Positions 28,571 to 32,000 of a stretch of DNA of 32,000 bases are shown here, one piece after another. The translations under genes were made by a program, and so were the position numbers. Source of the DNA: Candidatus Heimdallarchaeota archaeon (GTDB taxonomy: Archaea; Asgardarchaeota; Heimdallarchaeia; Heimdallarchaeales; Kariarchaeaceae). The notes beneath the pieces are model-generated. The model was not told the DNA's origin. It saw nothing but the letters and a program-made list of their open reading frames with translations, and searched no databases. Position 1 is the first letter of the stretch. Each line of letters begins with the position of its first letter. The stretch lies in the NCBI GenBank assembly GCA_030149205.1, contig JASBSB010000007.1:240001-272000 (forward strand), read 5' to 3'.

Positions 28571-29188
28571 TTAATCCTCGACATCAATAATAAAGTCTTC
28601 TTCAACATTTGTGTTAGGTAGGTGAAAGAGGGTGACTTCGAGTATACCATTATTCAATTTTGCTGCAATCCTCTTCTTGTCTATTGCTTTCACATGATTA
28701 AAGGTAACAAGTTTACTGTAGACAACATCCTGTTCTGAAGCTCGAGCCACAATATGTAACCCATCATTTTTGAGTTTTATTTGCAATCCTGATTTTTCAA
28801 CCCCAGGGATCTCTGCAATTATTATTGTCTTATTATCTACTACCGATAGCTCAGTATAGGGTTCTATTGTTCCATCAGGGTTTAATTTATCCTGAGGTGT
28901 TGGTGTAACAGTTTGATTTGCGAACCCTGGAATGAATGAAGGTGCACCATTTTTAAAAATGAAACCAAATGATTTTGCATCTAACCCACTTCCCTGAATT
29001 CCCATCTTATTGATCATGTCCATCATATCTTTCATCATCTGAGGTGTGAATTCAACACCTCCCTGGTTAAAAATGTTCCCAAAATCTTTTTGAAACTTTT
29101 CAATTAGGTCTTGTAAAGGCATTCCAAAGAACTGTCTTGCCAATTTGTCTAATTCTTCCCAATTAATATCGTCTGGTGTAAATTTCAT
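28571..29188 (-). CDS. hsp20: Small heat-shock protein (Hsp20/alpha-crystallin domain)
   Basis: EPYTEL...IIIAEIPGVEK...AKLNNGILEVTL; ATG at 29188 follows SD AGGTG; upstream of cdc48. Confidence 0.88.
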   Translation of the reverse strand: MKFTPDDINWEELDKLARQFFGMPLQDLIEKFQKDFGNIFNQGGVEFTPQMMKDMMDMINKMGIQGSGLDAKSFGFIFKNGAPSFIPGFANQTVTPTPQDKLNPDGTIEPYTELSVVDNKTIIIAEIPGVEKSGLQIKLKNDGLHIVARASEQDVVYSKLVTFNHVKAIDKKRIAAKLNNGILEVTLFHLPNTNVEEDFIIDVED

Positions 29189-29372
29189 ATAAAGCACCTA
29201 TTGTATCTCTTGTATTATACAATTACTACTATATCTTGCTCATATAAAAACCTGTGTATTCCTCAATACTAAAGTATTGATTCTATTTATAACTTACAAG
29301 CTATAGCTTATATTATTCTCTAACCTAATCTTTTTTAAACCTTTTCTCAATAGATGAAATGGTGAATTAACA

Positions 29373-29672
29373 ATGGTCGCAGGACTGGGATCTCAAGAAA
29401 TCTTATTGCTAGTTGGACTTGCGTTGTTACTCTTTGGACCTCAAAAAATCCCACAATTGGCCCAAGCTTTAGGGCAGGCTCAAGCAAAATATAAAGAAGG
29501 AGTCAATGAGGTGAAAAACTCTTTCACAGCTGCTCCATCACAAAATAATGGTATGGATCCAGCATTGACCCCTGAGGAACTTAGACTGATAAAGGTTGCA
29601 AAATCCAAAGGAATTCCAACGGAGCACCGTTCAATTGAGGCAATTGCTCAGGATTTACTAAAGGTTGAATAA
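29373..29672 (+). CDS. tatA: Twin-arginine translocase TatA/E
   Basis: GLGSQEILLLVGLALLLFGPQKIPQLAQALGQA...YKEG. Confidence 0.92.
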   Translation: MVAGLGSQEILLLVGLALLLFGPQKIPQLAQALGQAQAKYKEGVNEVKNSFTAAPSQNNGMDPALTPEELRLIKVAKSKGIPTEHRSIEAIAQDLLKVE

Positions 29673-29680
29673 CGAAAACA

Positions 29681-30700
29681 ATGGAGAAAAAAGACCCTGA
29701 AAAACTACCTGGGTGGATGAAAGAGGGAAGATTAACAGCAGCTGCGTTATCTGATGAATTAATTAATATCAGAGAACCAGGTGAACCCCTTCCAACATTC
29801 GTTAATGAGTTTTTGGAAGATCAGAAAAAACAAGAACCACTTTTTGGTTTAACTACACCGAAACTTAGCACATCACCACTTGTAAGATTACAATATGCTG
29901 GAGATGAACTTCCAGTGATGGACCATTTAGTTGAACTATGGACACTTCTAAGAAGGGTTGCTAAAATTGTATTTTTAATAACCCTCGCTGTGTTGGTAGT
30001 TCCTGGATATTCTAATGGTTTGATAACTATAAATCCTTATCACCCCCTCGTGCTTCAAATATTAAACGGAGTAATATCTTACGGTGTTTCAGCTCTAAAA
30101 CAAGGTAATGGGAATACTGATGTGTACATTCAAAGCCCACTTGCACCTGTATCTCTTTATCTTTCCTTTGCAGTTTTTATAGCAGTTATTATTTCCCTTC
30201 CTGTAACTGCCAAAGAGCTGTATTCTTATATCAGACCTGGATTAACTCAAAAGGAAGACCAAGTCATCAAAAAGGTCGGTTTGGTAGCTCTACTGTTGTT
30301 TGTCACAGGTGTAGCTATCTCATTTTATAGCATTGTACCGATTACTATGAGAATACTTGCTGTATCAACAACATTTATTGTCGATGTAAGACCATGGTTT
30401 AGTTTGGATTCACTTATCAATATACTTTTGTGGGGGACTTTAGGTGCAGGTTTACTCTATGCGTCTCCTATGATAGTGGTGGCATTGGTACAGCTCAACA
30501 TTTTGACCGCAGAACAAGTAGCTGCTAGAAGACGAGAAATGATTTTCATTGTTTTTACTCTTGCAGCAATACTTACACCAGACCCAACACCCGTTAGCAC
30601 ACTTATTCTCTCAATACCCATGTTACTGATAATTGAGGGTGTGATTCTTTGGTCTGTGAGTATAGAGCTCAATCGAAATTTGAATAATATTGCCACATAA
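29681..30700 (+). CDS. tatC: Twin-arginine translocase TatC
   Basis: DHLVEL, YSYIRPGLTQKE, RREMIF..AAILTPDP motifs; about six TM helices; follows tatA. Confidence 0.93.
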   Translation: MEKKDPEKLPGWMKEGRLTAAALSDELINIREPGEPLPTFVNEFLEDQKKQEPLFGLTTPKLSTSPLVRLQYAGDELPVMDHLVELWTLLRRVAKIVFLITLAVLVVPGYSNGLITINPYHPLVLQILNGVISYGVSALKQGNGNTDVYIQSPLAPVSLYLSFAVFIAVIISLPVTAKELYSYIRPGLTQKEDQVIKKVGLVALLLFVTGVAISFYSIVPITMRILAVSTTFIVDVRPWFSLDSLINILLWGTLGAGLLYASPMIVVALVQLNILTAEQVAARRREMIFIVFTLAAILTPDPTPVSTLILSIPMLLIIEGVILWSVSIELNRNLNNIAT

Positions 30701-30751
30701 ATTGTCTGTTAAAATCACTACAGATTTAATCTGATAAATTCTTTAATATTT

Positions 30752-32000
30752 ATGGTTCAACTTGAATTAATATTTCAAATCTCTTGGAATATTGCGGGGA
30801 TACTTTTCCTTCTGCTATACCCTATTGCTCATACCCTATTGGGAAGGGGAAAAATTAAGAGTGTGTTTTTTCACAGTCTATTTTTATTATTCTTAATATT
30901 GGCATTGGATTCGGTAATTATTGGATTAAAATTGTACTCGAACACAGTGGTTCCTGGATTAAGTGATATTTTAATTATTATTGCAATCCTTTATATCTTG
31001 AGGTTATATCCTGTTTCAACTTTAATTACTTATTCTCCCAATTTACCAGTTGAGCAGGTTAACAATGAAGTGTTAGATGCAGTTATGAAGGGGGTCAGGG
31101 GTAAAAAATCTCAAGTACCAAACCTTTTTGATGAAGAAATAAATGGATCTTTTACCATAACTACACCCTATAGGCTTTCTTATGAAATTGAAGTTGGAGA
31201 GGGAGATAATGCTTTTTTTATTGTGAGCTCTTCAATTTCAATCGTGGTAAAACTTGTTAATTTACTAATTGTATATTTGGGAACGTATAGTTTAATAAAT
31301 TCAAAAACAATTTTTGTGGTTCCTGCTACTACAACAACCTTAGATATCCCAACAACTATTGTGTTTCTTATTTTTGGGAGTTTAGTTATCATGTATCTTG
31401 AATATACGAGTAGCTTAACCTTAGGGAAGGAACTAGTTCTTTTATATAGACGGTTGTTGCAAAAGCAGGTAAACAGAAAAATGAATTCCTTGGAATCTGA
31501 ATCTGTTGCTGGAGAACTTCCCGAAGAAGAAGATCCCTCAGAATTAGAAAAGGCAAGAGAAAGAGCAAGGAAGATTCTTGAGTCGAGAAAGTTCGATGTT
31601 TTAAGCAAAAAGAGACAACAGTTAAAAGATAAAGTTGACACAATTTTTGAGAAAGATATAGAAACTCAAAGTTTTGATCTTGAGACGATTGAAAGAATCC
31701 GCTTGGTAAATGCCGTAAAAAGAGCAACAACCTCCACCCCCCCTTGGACCAAGGTCTCACTATCTCAAATTGCTGAACTTGTAGATGGCGAAGAAGAAGA
31801 AGTTGAACTTATTATTACCAACCTAAGACAGCAAGGTGAGATTCCTGGAATTTATGATATTTGGAAGAAGATGTATTTCGGGGTGAAAGATGAACAATGG
31901 ATTATTCATCAAACCCTCAATAAGTCAGAAGAACACGGAATGAATGTAAATCATATCATGGTTCATCCCGATGGAAAGACCGAGGTATCATTCAACTCAA
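30752..32000 (+). CDS. Multi-pass membrane protein with C-terminal PCI-like winged-helix segment, runs off the right edge
   Basis: Not in the ORF track. Manual translation from ATG 30752 is open to 32000: hydrophobic segments, a charged coiled-coil-like region, then VSLSQIAELVDGEEEEVELIITNLRQQGEIPGIYDIWKKMY. Confidence 0.75.
   Translation, partial: MVQLELIFQISWNIAGILFLLLYPIAHTLLGRGKIKSVFFHSLFLLFLILALDSVIIGLKLYSNTVVPGLSDILIIIAILYILRLYPVSTLITYSPNLPVEQVNNEVLDAVMKGVRGKKSQVPNLFDEEINGSFTITTPYRLSYEIEVGEGDNAFFIVSSSISIVVKLVNLLIVYLGTYSLINSKTIFVVPATTTTLDIPTTIVFLIFGSLVIMYLEYTSSLTLGKELVLLYRRLLQKQVNRKMNSLESESVAGELPEEEDPSELEKARERARKILESRKFDVLSKKRQQLKDKVDTIFEKDIETQSFDLETIERIRLVNAVKRATTSTPPWTKVSLSQIAELVDGEEEEVELIITNLRQQGEIPGIYDIWKKMYFGVKDEQWIIHQTLNKSEEHGMNVNHIMVHPDGKTEVSFNS

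Overview
AT-rich archaeal chromosomal window. An Asgard-like affiliation is inferred from a roadblock protein, a membrane protein with a PCI-like domain, an unlinked 23S gene with an enlarged ES39 and scattered ATPase genes; this was not tested phylogenetically. It is mostly core machinery. Replication: RPA, PolD small subunit, two Orc1/Cdc6. Ribosome and tRNA biogenesis: Pus10, ABCE1/RLI, Sua5/YrdC, Nep1, Nob1, L30e, a stand-alone 23S rRNA, tRNA-Leu(GAG). Also A/V-ATPase A and B (split), acyl-CoA dehydrogenase, Hsp20-Cdc48 and TatA-TatC. The most notable signals are at the RNA level and were read directly from sequence. (1) A 186-nt intron with a canonical bulge-helix-bulge (BHB) motif in the apical loop of 23S helix 89. 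(2) A 29-nt BHB intron at the non-canonical position 59/60 of tRNA-Leu. (3) A complete box C/D sRNA whose terminal stem sequesters the Shine-Dalgarno (SD) site of sua5. (4) Two core genes (cdc6, atpA) that appear to start at ATT. (5) A membrane-anchored HerA/VirB4-like ATPase and a small membrane protein lying between the two cdc6 genes. No CRISPR, transposase or integrase was seen.
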